Below, piece after piece: positions 1-13,197 of a stretch of DNA of 64,000 nucleotides; the stretch's first letter is position 1; each line of letters begins with the position of its first letter. A program made the translations under genes and the position numbers. Source of the stretch: Octopus sinensis (lineage: Eukaryota); NCBI RefSeq assembly GCF_006345805.1, contig NC_043021.1:10044001-10108000 (forward strand), given 5' to 3'. Below the pieces are notes generated by a model. The model searched no databases. It was not told the DNA's origin and saw only the letters and a program-made list of their open reading frames with translations.

Positions 1-1195
1 AGATTATGGAGGATAAGGCAGCACTTACCATTCGAGTTCTTGAATTGCGGCTTTGGTCATATTGGCGATAAAAGGACGGGCGTTATAGTGTTGCAGAAGA
101 ACGCCATTTCGCCATTTCGGTCTTTCTTGCTGAACTGCTTCGTTGAGTCGGTGCAGTTGTTGAGCGTAGAGCTCCGCTTTGAGTGTTTGGTTACGCTCAA
201 GCAGTTCGTAAAGAATTATGCTTTCTCAGTCCCACTATACATACGACGTGATCATTCGAGGATGAAGGTCTTGTTTTACTCGCGGAGTCGCTTGTTTTTT
301 GGGGCTGAGCCATTCTTTTCGCTGCTTCATATTGACGTAAAGGCACTATTTTTCATCGCCAGTGACAATGCGGTAAAGTTCCTTCTCGAGCCATGCCAGG
401 CTCATAAGGGTCGGTTTCCCAGTTTCAGTGGCGTAGAAATTTTCCACCTGGATGGGGTGCCAGTCCATTGCAGGATTACTCACTTTTGCCAGCTGAGTGG
501 ACTGGAGCAACGTGACATGAAGTGTTTTGCTCAAGAACACAATGCATCGCCCGGTCCAGGAATCGAAACCACAACCTTACGATCATGAGTTCAACACCCT
601 AACCACTAAGCCACGCACCTCTACATTTGTTATATATATAGCAATCAAAAATTAAGCTAGCACATTAGTGAATAGCCTAATTTGCATATCTGTACTTTCC
701 ACAGCTCATCATTAATGAAGCAATACATATATTTCAAGCATGGCAGAACATTAATCATGTGTTGAGCGATGTAGAATGAGGAAACTGGCGGCGATTTTGA
801 AACGTTGATTTTTGCTGCTTTCGCTCAAAATGTGTGGCACCCAAGCGCCGAGTTTCTGAACCTTGTCCTTTGATTGAAAGTGGTTCACCACAGCTTTTTT
901 GATAACAATCCATCTCTTCCGCCAATTCTCTGGTCGTTTGACACGCAATTTCGTGAAGTTGATTCAATCGCTCTTCATCGAACTCAATTGTTTAACCGGT
1001 GTTTGATCTGTCCTTGAAGTCAAAATTCCTATTTTTGAAGCGCGGAAACCAACGGCGAGCGGTACTTTGAGGTATTACTCCTCCTCCATACACAACACAG
1101 ATCTTACAAACAGCTTCGGCGGCCTTAACACCTTGATTAATTGCAAAAAGCAAATGGTGTCAAAAATGGTCAGTTTTGTCCACTTGACATTTCAT
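1..1195 (-). mobile_element. Decayed mariner (Mos1-like) transposase, interrupted by a SINE-C copy and other sequence at about 380-752
   Basis: Minus-strand pieces: MKCQVDKTDHF..AINQGVKAAEAVCKICVVYG..RRWFPRFKN (ATG at 1195), KLGAWVPHILSE..RSTH, LYRIVTGDEK, ..LLQHYNARP, ..LEW*VLPYPP. Multiple stops and frameshifts; runs off the left edge of the window. Confidence 0.9.
385..625 (-). mobile_element. SINE-C (tRNA-derived) inserted in the mariner
   Basis: Matches the copies at 34757-35063 and 35365-35600 (cttgagcaaaacacttc..ccagtccactcagctggcaaaa core; tRNA-like head near 600-620). Confidence 0.75.
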
Positions 1196-1350
1196 TTTAA
1201 TCATCTGAAAAAAAAAAAAAATCAAAGCACACTATCTTGTAGAGCGAAAAATTCTCTTTTAAATAACGTAAAACATTTTGCCAACACGTTTTATTCCTGC
1301 AAGCATTTTTAATTTGAAAAGAAAAAAAACGCTCATGAATTATATATATA

Positions 1351-1392
<42 letters not shown>

Positions 1393-1396
1393 ATAT

Positions 1397-1442
<46 letters not shown>

Positions 1443-1710
1443 ATATATAATCCAAATATGAAAACACAACAACGCGAGGACGTGAAACAAGTATAGTGTT
1501 TATTGGACGATCAGGGAAGGAAAAACAGATTGGTTTAACGTTTCGAGAGCAGACGCTCTTCTTTGGAAACAGATGAAAGTCAAATAGAAGGGAAGATGGA
1601 GGAAGAAAATCGCCAGCGATTCACACATGGTTATATATATATATATATAGTTGAACCGTCCAACCCATGCTAGCATGGAAAGCGGACGCTAAATGATGAT
1701 GATGATGATG

Positions 1711-1776
<66 letters not shown>

Positions 1777-1814
1777 ATGTATGTATGTATGTATGTATGT
1801 ATGTATGTCATGCA

Positions 1815-2032
1815 TGCATGATTTGTGTCTGTCCTCCCATCACCGCTTGGCAACCGGTGTTGGTGTGTTTGTGTCTCCATAACTTAGCAGTTCGACAAAA
1901 AAACCAATAGAATAAGTACTAAGCTTAAGAAATAAAATCTAAATAAATAGATTTGTTCGGCTACTACCCTACAAGGCGGTGCTCCAGCATGACCACAGTC
2001 AAATGACTGAAACAAGTAAAAGAATAAAAGAA
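1815..2032 (+). mobile_element. SINE-A 3' half
   Basis: cttggcaaccggtgttggtgtgtt..ggcggtgctccagcatgaccacagtcaaatgactgaaacaagtaaaagaataaaag. Confidence 0.8.
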
Positions 2033-2199
2033 CACACACACGCAAATAAACAAATTATGTAACCAATAATGTTAACACGTTCTTTCTAGTTCACTGATGT
2101 ACAAAAAGAAATGTAGAGGAGTTTCGTGACGAACTGTTTTACGGATTGTTGACTGCTCTTCAGAGAAGACGTTCCCAGCTTCCTCTGCGAATCATCAAT

Positions 2200-2725
2200 A
2201 ACATTGATCATCGTCGTCGTCACCATCGTCATCATCGTCGTCGTCATCGTCATTCTCCTCGTTGTGGTCACCATCATCATCACCACCACCACCACCACAA
2301 CCACCACTACCATCATCATCATCATCATTACCACCACCACCAACCACCACACCATCATCATCACCACCACCACCACCACCACCACCACCACCACCACCAT
2401 CATCATCATCAACATCATCATCATCACCATCATCGACAGCACAACAACAGTGTATGTATATTGTCCCCAGTGTTGTTCCATTTGTTTATCTTGTTTGGTA
2501 CCATCCTACAACAAAAAAAAAGCAACAAATGGAACAGAATTAATTAAAGAAGAAAAAGGAAATAAATTAAAACAGATATATGTATATATATAAAAAAAAA
2601 AACCAAACACCCTTAACTGTACCCCTGCCGCCTACACACGCCTTCAGAAAGATTGCTCTTCATAATTACCCTAGTTTCACTCTTATTTTTGTAGGTTTTT
2701 CACTCATTAACACACCGCCACCACC

Positions 2726-2757
<32 letters not shown>

Positions 2758-2918
2758 CAACAACACTATCAGCAACAATGACCTCCAGTATCACCATTAT
2801 CAACCACCACCACCACGACCACCACCATCAATACCACAACCGTCACCAACACCACCGCCGCCATCAACACTACAGCTGTCGCCATGATCACGCTAACGCC
2901 GCCGCCGCCATCACCACC

Positions 2919-2950
<32 letters not shown>

Positions 2951-3643
2951 CAACGAAATCTTCATTAATACCATCACGAACGCCACCACCTCCACAGCCT
3001 TCATGACAACCAGCATCACCACCACAACCACCTCCAGTAACAACAACAACAACAACAATAACATCTTCATTAACACCACAATCACCATTACCACCACCAG
3101 CACCCCCACCGCCACCCCCACCATCACCAGCAGCACCACCATCGCCACCGCCATGATCATCGCCACCGCTGCCACCACCACCACCACCGCCGCCACCACC
3201 CACCACTACCACCACCACCCACCGCCATCACCACCACCACCACCACCACCACCCACCACCATCACCACCACCACCACCAACTACAACAATTCTTCATTAA
3301 TACCATCCTGCGGCGCCACTACCTTCATCATAAGCACTACCACCACCATCACCATCACCATCACCACCACTGCTAACCACCTACATCGCAATTATCTCCA
3401 CCGCCAACATCGCCACAACCATCTCTCCCCTCTCCTCCCCGCCACCACCTCACCAAACATTTGTTTATTGTCCGCTTTACCAAAAGTTCTGTACCAAATG
3501 GCACAAAACCTGCACCAACCGTCTTCCTTTCTTTGCCGTCATTAACTTAACACGCTGCTAAGTTTTGGGAAGTCTCTTCCGGCTTGTGTAATACTAACCA
3601 ATCATCCCATCATCATCATCAATCATCCCATCATCATCATCAG

Positions 3644-3675
<32 letters not shown>
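2200..3675. repeat. Compound trinucleotide microsatellite region (CAT/CAC/CAA)n
   Basis: Directly visible; produces poly-H/T/P ORFs with no start or splice support. Confidence 0.95.
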
Positions 3676-3899
3676 CTTTAAGTGGTGTCGAATATAACAC
3701 GCAAATACTCACTCACACACACAAATACACACATACAACACGCACGCAACACGCTCTTACACACACACCGCGAGGAGTTTCTCATCTATTTATAGGAATA
3801 ACCTTTCTCTCTCATTTTACCAATGAGGAGGCCGCCAAAGCTGCTTGCGCAACTTGCTAGAAAGAGCAGCAAAATTATCAACAAATTGCACCTTACAGT

Positions 3900-4230
<331 letters not shown>

Positions 4231-4232
4231 AA

Positions 4233-4926
4233 TTAGTAATCGGGGTAAAATGAGTAATTTCCAATTTCTCGTTATTTTCTCCCTAATATTTAGCAATCAT
4301 TACGTTGCAAGTATTGCACCATCATTTTATATTGTTGCATCATCTTTGGCAGTAAATATTGGTTAACATAGTTCAGAGAGTTTGGAACACAGTCATGTGA
4401 CACGTAGTTTTTTTTTTTTTTCTAGAAAATTTACCTCAACTCAGGTCCGATTGAAGTTGCCAATAAAATATCTGAACAAGTTTTGGTGTTTAACAGTGGA
4501 TTCCAAGTCATTTTTTCCTCCACACTAATGTCTAATTTGATAATCTGCAGTTTTCGAAAAACGATGCCTAAAATAGAGTAAAACGAACCATGACTAATTT
4601 CAATAATTTCTTCTCTTTAACTGCAATGGCCCGTAAGTATATCGGGAACAGAGCCACTCCCGCAGATCGTGAAGAAGCTATAGAGAATATTTTACGTTGA
4701 GTTTTTTTTATCTATTCAGTTGAATTTCCTTAGTTTTATATCATGTGCATTTTTTCCAAGATCCTCTTCCACTTGACCGAGATATTTTAAATTTTTGTCG
4801 CATATTTGATCTTTCTGGTGTCTAGGGAACGATATCGATGTGTATGAGTCCGTTTTCAAATGTAATTTTTGAGAAGTGAAGAGGCAAATTTACCTTGTCT
4901 TGTCTTACTCATTTTGCCCCAACTAA
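4233..4926. mobile_element. Non-autonomous TIR element, possibly pogo/Tc1-like
   Basis: Left GGGGTAAAATGAGTAA (4242-4257) vs right TTACTCATTTTGCCCC (4905-4920), a 16-bp inverted match with 1 mismatch; TTAGT/ACTAA outer ends. Confidence 0.45.
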
Positions 4927-5125
4927 ATTTATCTTTTATATCTTCCAAGAGAACGGAGGTAATTTTCTGAAATAATGTTCTGAATATGTTACAGAGTTTT
5001 TAATGCTTTTAGAGATCATTTGTTTAGCTGCTATAGGTTTTGTTAGATTGTGAACATTTATAAAAAAAATATTGTTTTTCTCAAAGTTAAAAATGCAGTA
5101 AAACTCTTCATTATGCTCACTTACC

Positions 5126-5156
<31 letters not shown>

Positions 5157-5199
5157 CTATATATATATACTATATATTATATATATATATATATATACT

Positions 5200-5457
5200 C
5201 TCTCTTTTACTCTTTTACTTGTTTTCAGTCATTTGACTGCGGCCATGCTGGAGCACCGCCTTTAATCGAGCAACTCGACCCCGGCACTTATTCTTGTAAG
5301 CCCAGTACTTATTCTATCGGTCTCTTTTTGCCGAACAGCTAAGTGACGGGGACATAAACACACCACCATCGGTTGTCAAGCAATGCTAGGGGGACAAACA
5401 CAGACACCAAACATACAACGGCACACACACACACACACACACACACCACACACACAC

Positions 5458-5503
<46 letters not shown>

Positions 5504-5672
5504 CAATATCGACGACGGCTTCTTTCAGTTCCCGTCTACCAAATCCACTCACAAGGCTTTGGTCGGCCCGAGGCTATAGTAGAAGACACTTGCCCAAGGT
5601 GCCACGCAGAGGGACTGAACCCGGAACCATGTGGTTGGTAAACAAGCTACTTACTACACTGCCACTCCTGCG

Positions 5673-5674
<2 letters not shown>
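5200..5674 (-). mobile_element. SINE-A, full length
   Basis: Reverse complement of head GGCGCAGGAGTGGC.., core CCTTGGGCAAGTGTCTTCTACTATAGCCTCGGGCCGACC, central (TA)/(TG) tract, tail GACTGAAAACAAGTAAAAGAG. Confidence 0.9.
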
Positions 5675-5764
<90 letters not shown>

Positions 5765-5792
5765 GTATGTGTATATATATGTATATATTGTG

Positions 5793-5948
5793 TAGGCGTG
5801 GTAGTGTGGTAAAAAGTTTACCTCCCAAAGAACCTTCCGGGTTCAGTCCCACTGCGTGACACCTTGGGCAAGTGTCTTCTACAAAAGCCACGGGCCGACC
5901 AAGGCCTTATGGGTGAATTTGGTCGACGGAAACGGGAAGAAAGCAGTC
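5793..5948 (+). mobile_element. SINE-A 5' half, head-to-head with the 5200-5674 copy
   Basis: taggcgtggtagtgtggt..ccttgggcaagtgtcttctac..gaaagcagtc. Confidence 0.8.
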
Positions 5949-6319
5949 ATATATATATATATATATATATGATGTATTGCCTCGTTGCGAATGACAAATG
6001 TGGGTTCAGGAAAATGAAGCGGTAGTCATGTTGTATGGACTCGAATGTGTCTCTTGAGGCCTGCTGATGCTTTACAAACTTTTTGCACAAACGGAACAAG
6101 CTGTGGATTCAGTTTGCTCGAGTGCTTGTGCTTATGAATAATTCATGATGTGTTTTTGTGGGTGAACGGCAAGGTCAGCATAACTCCGCACCACAAAACC
6201 GCAATGTAAAGTAAAGTTTTCATTTAGAGGAGCGGCGTTTTGTCAGCGTGCCTTCATGCTTATGCGAAGTTGGTCTTGGTGTGTATGTAAGAAAAGACAT
6301 GATAAAGGAATGAACGATT

Positions 6320-6506
6320 GCGCAGGAGTGGCTGTGTGGTAAGTAGCTTGCTTACCAACAACATGGTTCCGGTTTCTGTCCCACTGCGTGGCACCTTGGG
6401 CAAGTGTCTTCTACTATAGCCTCGGGCCGACTAAAGCCTTGTGAGTGGATTTGGTAGACGGAAACTGAAAGAAGCCCGTCGTATATGTGTGTGTGTGTGC
6501 GGCGTG

Positions 6507-6577
<71 letters not shown>

Positions 6578-6797
6578 TATGTGTGTATATGTTTGTGTGT
6601 CTTTGTTTGTCCCCCAACATCGCTTGACAACAGATGGTGGTGTGTTTACGTCCCCGTTACTTAGCGGTTCGGCAAAAGAGACCGATAGAATAAGTACTAG
6701 GCTTCCAAAGAATAAGTCTTGGGGTCGATTTGCTCGACTAAAGGCGGTGCTCCAACATGGCCGCAGTCAAATGCTGACTGTAAACAAATGTAAAGAA
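6320..6797 (+). mobile_element. SINE-A, full length
   Basis: Head, core, microsatellite and tail all match the other copies. Confidence 0.9.
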
Positions 6798-7027
6798 CCA
6801 TCCTATATAAATTACCTCGTTAATATAATATCTTTGTTTCTTCCTTTGTCATCTTTCTTTTCGTATTACCTTACCACTTTGTACTCGACTAACGCTTCGT
6901 TCAGAAGTATACCTATATTGAGTCCTACACCGGGTTACTAATGTATCGCAGTTGCAGACACCCCAAAAGCCTGGAACTCCTAAACCAGGGCCTCACTACT
7001 GGATGCAGTTTAAAGTCATATAGAGGG

Positions 7028-7083
<56 letters not shown>

Positions 7084-7099
7084 TGTGTATCAATGATTC

Positions 7100-7583
7100 A
7101 TTGTGAAAGAGGAAGGCAAAGAAGAAGACAAAGGGAAGAGGAAAAAGAAGAGAAATAGAAGAAGTAGAGGAAGGCGATGAGGAGGAAGACTAAGAAGAGA
7201 AAGGGATGGAGGAAAAAGGAGGAGGAGGAGGAGGAAGAAAAGGAAGAAGAGGAGGCAGAAGAGGAAGAAGAATAAGAAAAAGTAGAAGAAGAAAAGGAAG
7301 AAGAAGAAGAAAAAGTAGAAGAAGAAAAGGAAGAAGAAGGAAGGAAGAAAGAAGAAAAGGAAGAAGAAGAAAAAGTGAGAAGAAGAAAAGGAAGAAGAGG
7401 AAGAAGAAGAAGAAAAGGAAGAAGAAGAAAAAGTAGAAGAAGAAAAGGAAGAAGAGGAAGAAGAAGAAGAAAAGTAGAAGAAAAGGAAGAGGAAGAAGAA
7501 GAAGTAGAAGAAGAAAAGGAAGAGGAAGAAGAAAAGTAGAAGAAGAAAAGGAAGAAGAGGAAGAAGAAAAGTAGAAGAAGAAA

Positions 7584-7617
<34 letters not shown>

Positions 7618-8295
7618 AAAGGAAGAAGAGAAGAAGAAGAGAAGGAGAAAGGAAGAAGAAGAGAAGAGAAGAGTAAAGAAGAAGAGGAAGAAGAAGAAGA
7701 AGAGAAGGAAGAAGAGAAGAAGAAAAGAGAAGAAGAAAGAAGAAGAAGAGTAAAGAAGAGAGAAGAAGATAGGAAGAAGAGAAGAAGAAGAGAAGAGAAG
7801 AAGAAGAAGAAGAAGAAGGAAAAGAAGAAGAAAAGGAAGAGAGGAAGAAGAAGAAGGAGAAGAAGAAAAGAAGAGGAAGAAGAAAGGAAGAAGAAGAGGA
7901 AGAAGAAAAGGAAGAAGAAGAAGAAGAAGAAAAGGAAGAAGAAAAGGAAGAAGAAGAAGAAGAGAAGGAAGAAGAGAAGGAAGAAGAGGAAGAAGAAAAA
8001 GTAGAAGAAGAAAAGGAAGAAGAGGAAGAAGAAGAAGAAGAAGAAAAGTAGAAGAAGAAAAGGAAGAAGAGGAAGAAGAAGAAAAGGAAGAAGAGAAGGA
8101 AGAAGAGAAGGAAGAAGAGGAAGAAGAAGAAAAGTAGAAGAAGAAAAGGAAGAAGAGGAGAAGAAGAAGAAGAAGAAGAAGAAAAGAAGAAGAAGAAAGG
8201 AAGAAGAAGGAAGAAGAAGAAAGAAGAAGAAGAAGAAGAAGAAGAAGAAGAAGAAGAAGAAGAAGAAGAAGATGATGAAGAAGAAAAAGAAGAAA
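7100..8295. repeat. About 1.2-kb polypurine (GAA)-based satellite
   Basis: Almost only G/A on the + strand, with recurring GAAGAAAAGTAGAAGAAGAAAAGGAAGAAGAG units. Confidence 0.95.
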
Positions 8296-8595
8296 ACAAT
8301 ACGAATGTATTACCATCATCAAACGGATGTATGGTGAAGCGAACACAAATAAATATCGTCTGCACCAATGAATATATTCTGAAATGTCGTCATTTTTACC
8401 CTTTCAAATTGGATGTTGTATCGTTTTACCGGCAATCCTAAATATAAAATTAATTCAGTACATTTAGTATATAACCCAATTTATACACTCGTTTCTACAG
8501 ACTACAAAAACTCCCGTGCACATTTTATTAACCTTCAACGGTGTATAAATTGCATAAAGCGTAAAAAAACCCTATAAAACCCCTAACTTGGTGCT

Positions 8596-9256
8596 GGCGT
8601 AGGTGTATAAAAAGAAGACAAGGCGGCGAGCTGGCAGAATCGTTAGCACGCCGGGCGAAATGCTTAGTGGTATTTCGTCTACCGTTACGTTCTGAGATCA
8701 AATTCCGCCGAGGTCGACTTTACCTTTCATCCTTTCGGGGGTCGATTAAATAAGTACCAGTTACGCACTGGAGTCGATATAATCGAATAAATCCGTTTGT
8801 CTGTCCTTGTTTGTCCTCTCTGTGTTTGGCCCCTTGTGAGTAGTAAAGAAATAGGTGTATAAAAAGAAGTTTGCTTCTCATCTGCATGGTTCTATATACA
8901 GTCTTACTGCGTGGCACCTTGAACAAGTTTATCCACTATAGCTCTGGGCCGGCAAAAGGCTTACCAGTAAATTTGGCAGACAGAAACTGAAAGAAGCCCG
9001 CATGTGTGTATGTGTGTGTGTGTGTGTGTGTGTGTTTGTGTGTGTATTTGCGTTTGTTCCCCTACGCTTGACAACCGGTGTAGGTTTGTTTACGCCCCTG
9101 TAACTTAGCTGTTCAGCAAAATAGACCGATCGAATAAGTACCAGGCGTTAAGAACTATTGGGGTACTGAACTCGATTCATTCAACTAAAACGCTTCAAAG
9201 ACGTGCCCCAGCATGGCCGCAGTCTAATCACTGAAAAAAAGTAAAGAATAAAGATA
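8596..9256 (+). mobile_element. SINE-A (diverged) carrying a nested SINE-B at 8618-8851
   Basis: 18-bp TSD TAGGTGTATAAAAAGAAG at 8600-8617 and 8852-8869 flanks the SINE-B (AAGGCGGCGAGCTGGCAG..GAGGTCGACTTTACCTTTCATCCTTTCGGGG..). Confidence 0.85.
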
Positions 9257-9259
9257 AAT

Positions 9260-9500
9260 ACTCTTTTACTTGTTTCAGTCATTTGACTGCGGCCATGCTG
9301 GAGCACCGCCTTTAACCGAGCAACTCGACCCCGGACTTATTCTTTTGTAAGCCCATACTTATTCTATTGGTCTCTTTTGTGCCGAATCGCTAAGTAACGG
9401 GGACATAAACACACCAGCATCGGTTGTCAAGCAATGCTAGGGGGACAAACAAACACAGACACACAAACACACACACTCATATATATATATAACATACATA

Positions 9501-9552
<52 letters not shown>

Positions 9553-9864
9553 TTCCCAAAGTTCGTAGAAAGTCTTGGAAAATAATGGTCTTTATTTTGA
9601 GGAATAATTTTGTTTGTTTTTGTTAGTACTTGGCGAGTACAAAATTCAATTTTCGCAAGTGTTTACGAACTTTTGGGACAACCTAATATATATACATATA
9701 TACGACGGGCTTCTTTCAGTTTCCGTCTACCAAATCCACTCACAAGCTTTGGTCGGCCCGAGGCTATAGTAGAAGACACTTGCCCAAGGTGCCACGCAGT
9801 GGGACTGAACCCGGAACCATGTGGTTGGTAAACAAGCTACTTACCACACAGCCACTCCTGCGCC
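9260..9864 (-). mobile_element. SINE-A, full length, tail-to-tail with the preceding copy
   Basis: Family match; contains an internal insertion at about 9548-9685. Confidence 0.85.
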
Positions 9865-10089
9865 TTTTCTGAATTTTTTTTCTTTGTGAGGATGGCTGCA
9901 AGGAAGAACGGTGTTCATATCTTTCGCAGGTCATCCAAGAACCCGTGAGACGGATATCATTAATGTCCATTCTCGAGCATTCGTTGTAAGTCAACATCTG
10001 CAGAAATGATACGAACAGGGAGAGAATTCCCGAAGGATGGACTTCTGGGAAAGGAACGAAGGAAGGACTGGGTGTAGCGAGTAGTTCAT

Positions 10090-10215
10090 ATCATCCTGCT
10101 CGAAAGGTCCCTGAATAAGGATTGTTTGAGGATGTTGAACGAACCACCCATGTTTCCAAAGGTGAATTATCTAAACCACCAAGAATTCCTCTCAACACAC
10201 GGCTATGATGCTCCC

Positions 10216-10235
<20 letters not shown>
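10090..10235 (-). mobile_element. SINE-D-like repeat fragment
   Basis: Shares aaaggtc..tgaataagg..tcctctcaaca..atgatgctcccccactact with 10940-11025 and, in reverse, with 28360-28410. Confidence 0.6.
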
Positions 10236-10285
<50 letters not shown>

Positions 10286-10295
10286 CACCACCACC

Positions 10296-10336
<41 letters not shown>

Positions 10337-10487
10337 CACCACCACCACTACTACTACTACTACCATCACCACCACCACCACCACCACTACTACTACTACT
10401 ACTACCACCACCACCACCACCACCACCACCACTACTACTACTACTACTACGACTACGATCACACCACCACCACCACCACCACTCACC

Positions 10488-10544
<57 letters not shown>

Positions 10545-10585
10545 ATTATTATTATTATTATTATATTATTATATTATTATATTAT
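10217..10585. repeat. (TAC)n/(CAC)n/(TAT)n microsatellite
   Basis: Directly visible; expanded from the ..CCCCCACTACT of the SINE-D fragment. Confidence 0.95.
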
Positions 10586-10749
10586 TATGTTTTTTTCCTT
10601 CTTTCTTCAAATTTTCTTCCGTTTCTCGCCGAGTGTTTTCCATACGCCTAGGGCAGAGAAGCTTATTGTATGCATTCCCAGATTACACACGCAAATTCAC
10701 AGATAAAATATGTATTTAGAAATTAATAAATAAATAAATTCATGGATGG

Positions 10750-11152
10750 ATGTTATTATTGAGTGAGAGAGCAGCCCATGCCATCAAAGTAATACTGGGA
10801 TAAAATATACGAAGCTCATCATGACTATCTGTCACATGCATCACAAACATTATGTGCGCGACATGGTGACCTTATATCAAAATAAACAGCACCTGACATT
10901 GCAGGTGGGGTTCAGTTAGAATTTTCTTCAGGTCGAGTAGCCCTTCCCGCTCAAAAGGTCTTTGAATAAGGTTTGTTTAAGGATAATCCCTCTCAACATG
11001 ACTACGATGCTCCCCCACTACTTCTGCTCGTGATCAGAGATGCACATATCATCAGCCACTGAGGGACATGCTCAACTGGTTAAGGTCAAACAACTGACAA
11101 GCAAATCTGTGGTATTGAGCAGAATATTTGCTGTAGCCCATCTTTTATACCA
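10750..11152 (-). mobile_element. SINE-D-like repeat (longer copy)
   Basis: Reverse-complement similarity to 28247-28410 (aaatattctgctcaataccacagattt..gaccttaacca..gtccct.agtggctgac). Confidence 0.6.
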
Positions 11153-11192
11153 AGACAATACTTATTATCGTCTTCTTCTTTTCTTCTTCTTC

Positions 11193-11292
11193 NNNNNNNN
11201 NNNNNNNNNNNNNNNNNNNNNNNNNNNNNNNNNNNNNNNNNNNNNNNNNNNNNNNNNNNNNNNNNNNNNNNNNNNNNNNNNNNNNNNNNNNN
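11193..11292. other. Assembly gap (100 N)
   Basis: Run of N; the flanking SINE-A at 11440-11840 is rich in 1-2 bp indels, suggesting low-quality sequence. Confidence 0.99.
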
Positions 11293-11439
11293 GTAAAAAT
11301 GTTATTTGTGCAAACACAAATAAATAGCAATTGGTACCTTGAGTAAGTATTTTCTGTTAGTAAGCCGGACCAAAGCTTTGTGAGTGGATTTGGCAGGCGG
11401 AAACTGAAAGAAGCTCGTCGTAGATATATACTACTCGTT

Positions 11440-12330
11440 TACTCTCTTTAATCTTTACTTTTACTCTTGTTTGCGTCAGTCAGATAGTGCGCGGCCATGC
11501 ACCTAGTGAGCACCGCCTTTAGTCGAGCAAATCTACCCCTGGACTTTTCTTTTGTAAGCTTAGTAACTTATTCTATCGGGGCTTTTTGCACCCGCTAAGT
11601 TACGGGAGACAACACCATCGGTTGTTCAGGACTGTTTCAGACACAACACAACACACACACAACATCACATATACGACGGCTTCTTTTCACTCGGGCTAGT
11701 GTCCGTCTACACAATCCACTCACAAGGCTTTGGTCGGCTCGAGGCTATAGAGTAGAAGACACTTGCCCAGGTGCCACGCAGTGGGACTGAACCCGGAACC
11801 ATGTGATTGGTAAGCAAGCTACTTACTACACAGCACTCCTATGTATGTATCTATGTGGTAGAAACGTTAGCACGCCGGATGAAATGCTTAGCGGTATTTC
11901 GTCTGACGTTACGTTGTGTTAGTTCAATTCCGCCGGGTTGACTTTGCCTTTCATCCTTTCGGGGTCGATAAATTAAGTACCAGTTCCGCACTGGGGTCGA
12001 TGTAATCGACTTAATACCTATGTCTGTCCTTGTTTGTCCCCTCTATGTTTAGCCCCTTGTGGGTAATAAAGAAATAGGTATCTATGTGTGTGTCTTTGTG
12101 TCTGTGTTTGCCCCCACACACACACACACCACCACCACCACCACCGCCACCGCTTGACAACCGGTGTTGGTGTGTTTACGTCCCCGTAATAAAGCGGTTC
12201 GGCAAAAGAAACGGATAGAGTAAGTACCAGGCCTTTAAAATAAAAAAAAAGGCCTGGGGTTGCTACATTCGACTAAAATTTCAAGGCGGTGCCCCCAGCA
12301 TATCCGCAATCTAATACTGAAACAATGGAA
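11440..12330. mobile_element. SINE cluster: SINE-A (-) 11440-11840, SINE-B (+) about 11858-12080, SINE-A 3' half (+) 12085-12330
   Basis: Family matches; GTATCTATGTG repeated on both sides of the SINE-B. Confidence 0.75.
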
Positions 12331-12734
12331 AGTTTAGAAGGAAAAGGCTATCTCAACCATAAAAAAAATAATAATTAATACACAGAAAGATAAGAAACGA
12401 GTGAGATAAGTGAAACATGTTGCATGAACTTAACTGTTAACAGGAAATTAAGAATGAAACAGTGAGCTCATATATATTTTAAATGATAAACTTCTGGAAA
12501 GTTTTACAGATTTTAACAGTTCCAGTGTTGGACTCTCTGTATGTATGTATGTATGTATGTATGTATGTATGTATGTATGTATGTATGTATGTATGCATGT
12601 ATGTATCATCCACAAAAATCAGAACTTAACTGCAGCTCTTGGTGGTCCAAAGCAGATAAGCAATCTATGTGGGTGTCTTTTTAAAACATCGACTGGTTTA
12701 AAAAGCCACATCTGATGCCAAGATAGATCTAAGT

Positions 12735-12935
12735 CAGTGGTTTTCAACCAGGGTTCCGCCAGTACAATCCAGGGGTTCCGCAAGAAGTTACAAAAATGCT
12801 AAAACCGACAGTAATTTTTAAGTCTCCTGTGCAGATATGTGTGCATAAGACAATTAAATTATTGCACAGGGGTTCCTCGAGCCAGTGGAATGTTTCCTTG
12901 GGGTTTCGCTTCAGCAAAAAGTTTGAAAAGCACTG
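12735..12935. mobile_element. hAT (Charlie-like) MITE, 201 bp
   Basis: TIRs CAGTGGTTTTCAACC / GTTTGAAAAGCACTG; 8-bp TSD ATCTAAGT / ATCTAAGG. Confidence 0.85.
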
Positions 12936-12994
12936 ATCTAAGGTGTATGTACAAGAGGTGGTCAGACTCTGCACACGGAGTAGACAACCACCTT

Positions 12995-13098
12995 GTATGT
13001 ATGTATGTATGTATGTATGTATGTATGTATGTATGTATGTATGTATGTATGTATGTATGTATGTATGTGTGTGTGTGTGTGTCTGTGTGTGTATGTGT

Positions 13099-13188
<90 letters not shown>

Positions 13189-13197
13189 TGTGTGTAA
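12995..13197. repeat. (ATGT)n/(GT)n microsatellite
   Basis: Directly visible. Confidence 0.95.

Noticed and set aside
2086-3545. Long His/Thr/Pro-rich ORFs (up to 321 aa)
   Set aside because: Translations of trinucleotide microsatellites; open in several frames and on both strands, with no domain or splice support.
5373-6941. Recurrent ORFs ending ..FFQFPSTKSTHKALVGPRL or ..RLPNPLTRLWSARGYSRRHLPKVPR
   Set aside because: Translations of SINE-A copies; the same peptides recur wherever the SINE occurs.
7090-8368. 418-aa and 392-aa Ser/Phe/Leu ORFs
   Set aside because: Artefacts of a polypurine tract lacking stop codons on the minus strand.
11300-11840. Unusually divergent SINE-A subfamily
   Set aside because: Differences are mainly scattered small indels adjacent to an N gap, consistent with low-quality sequence.
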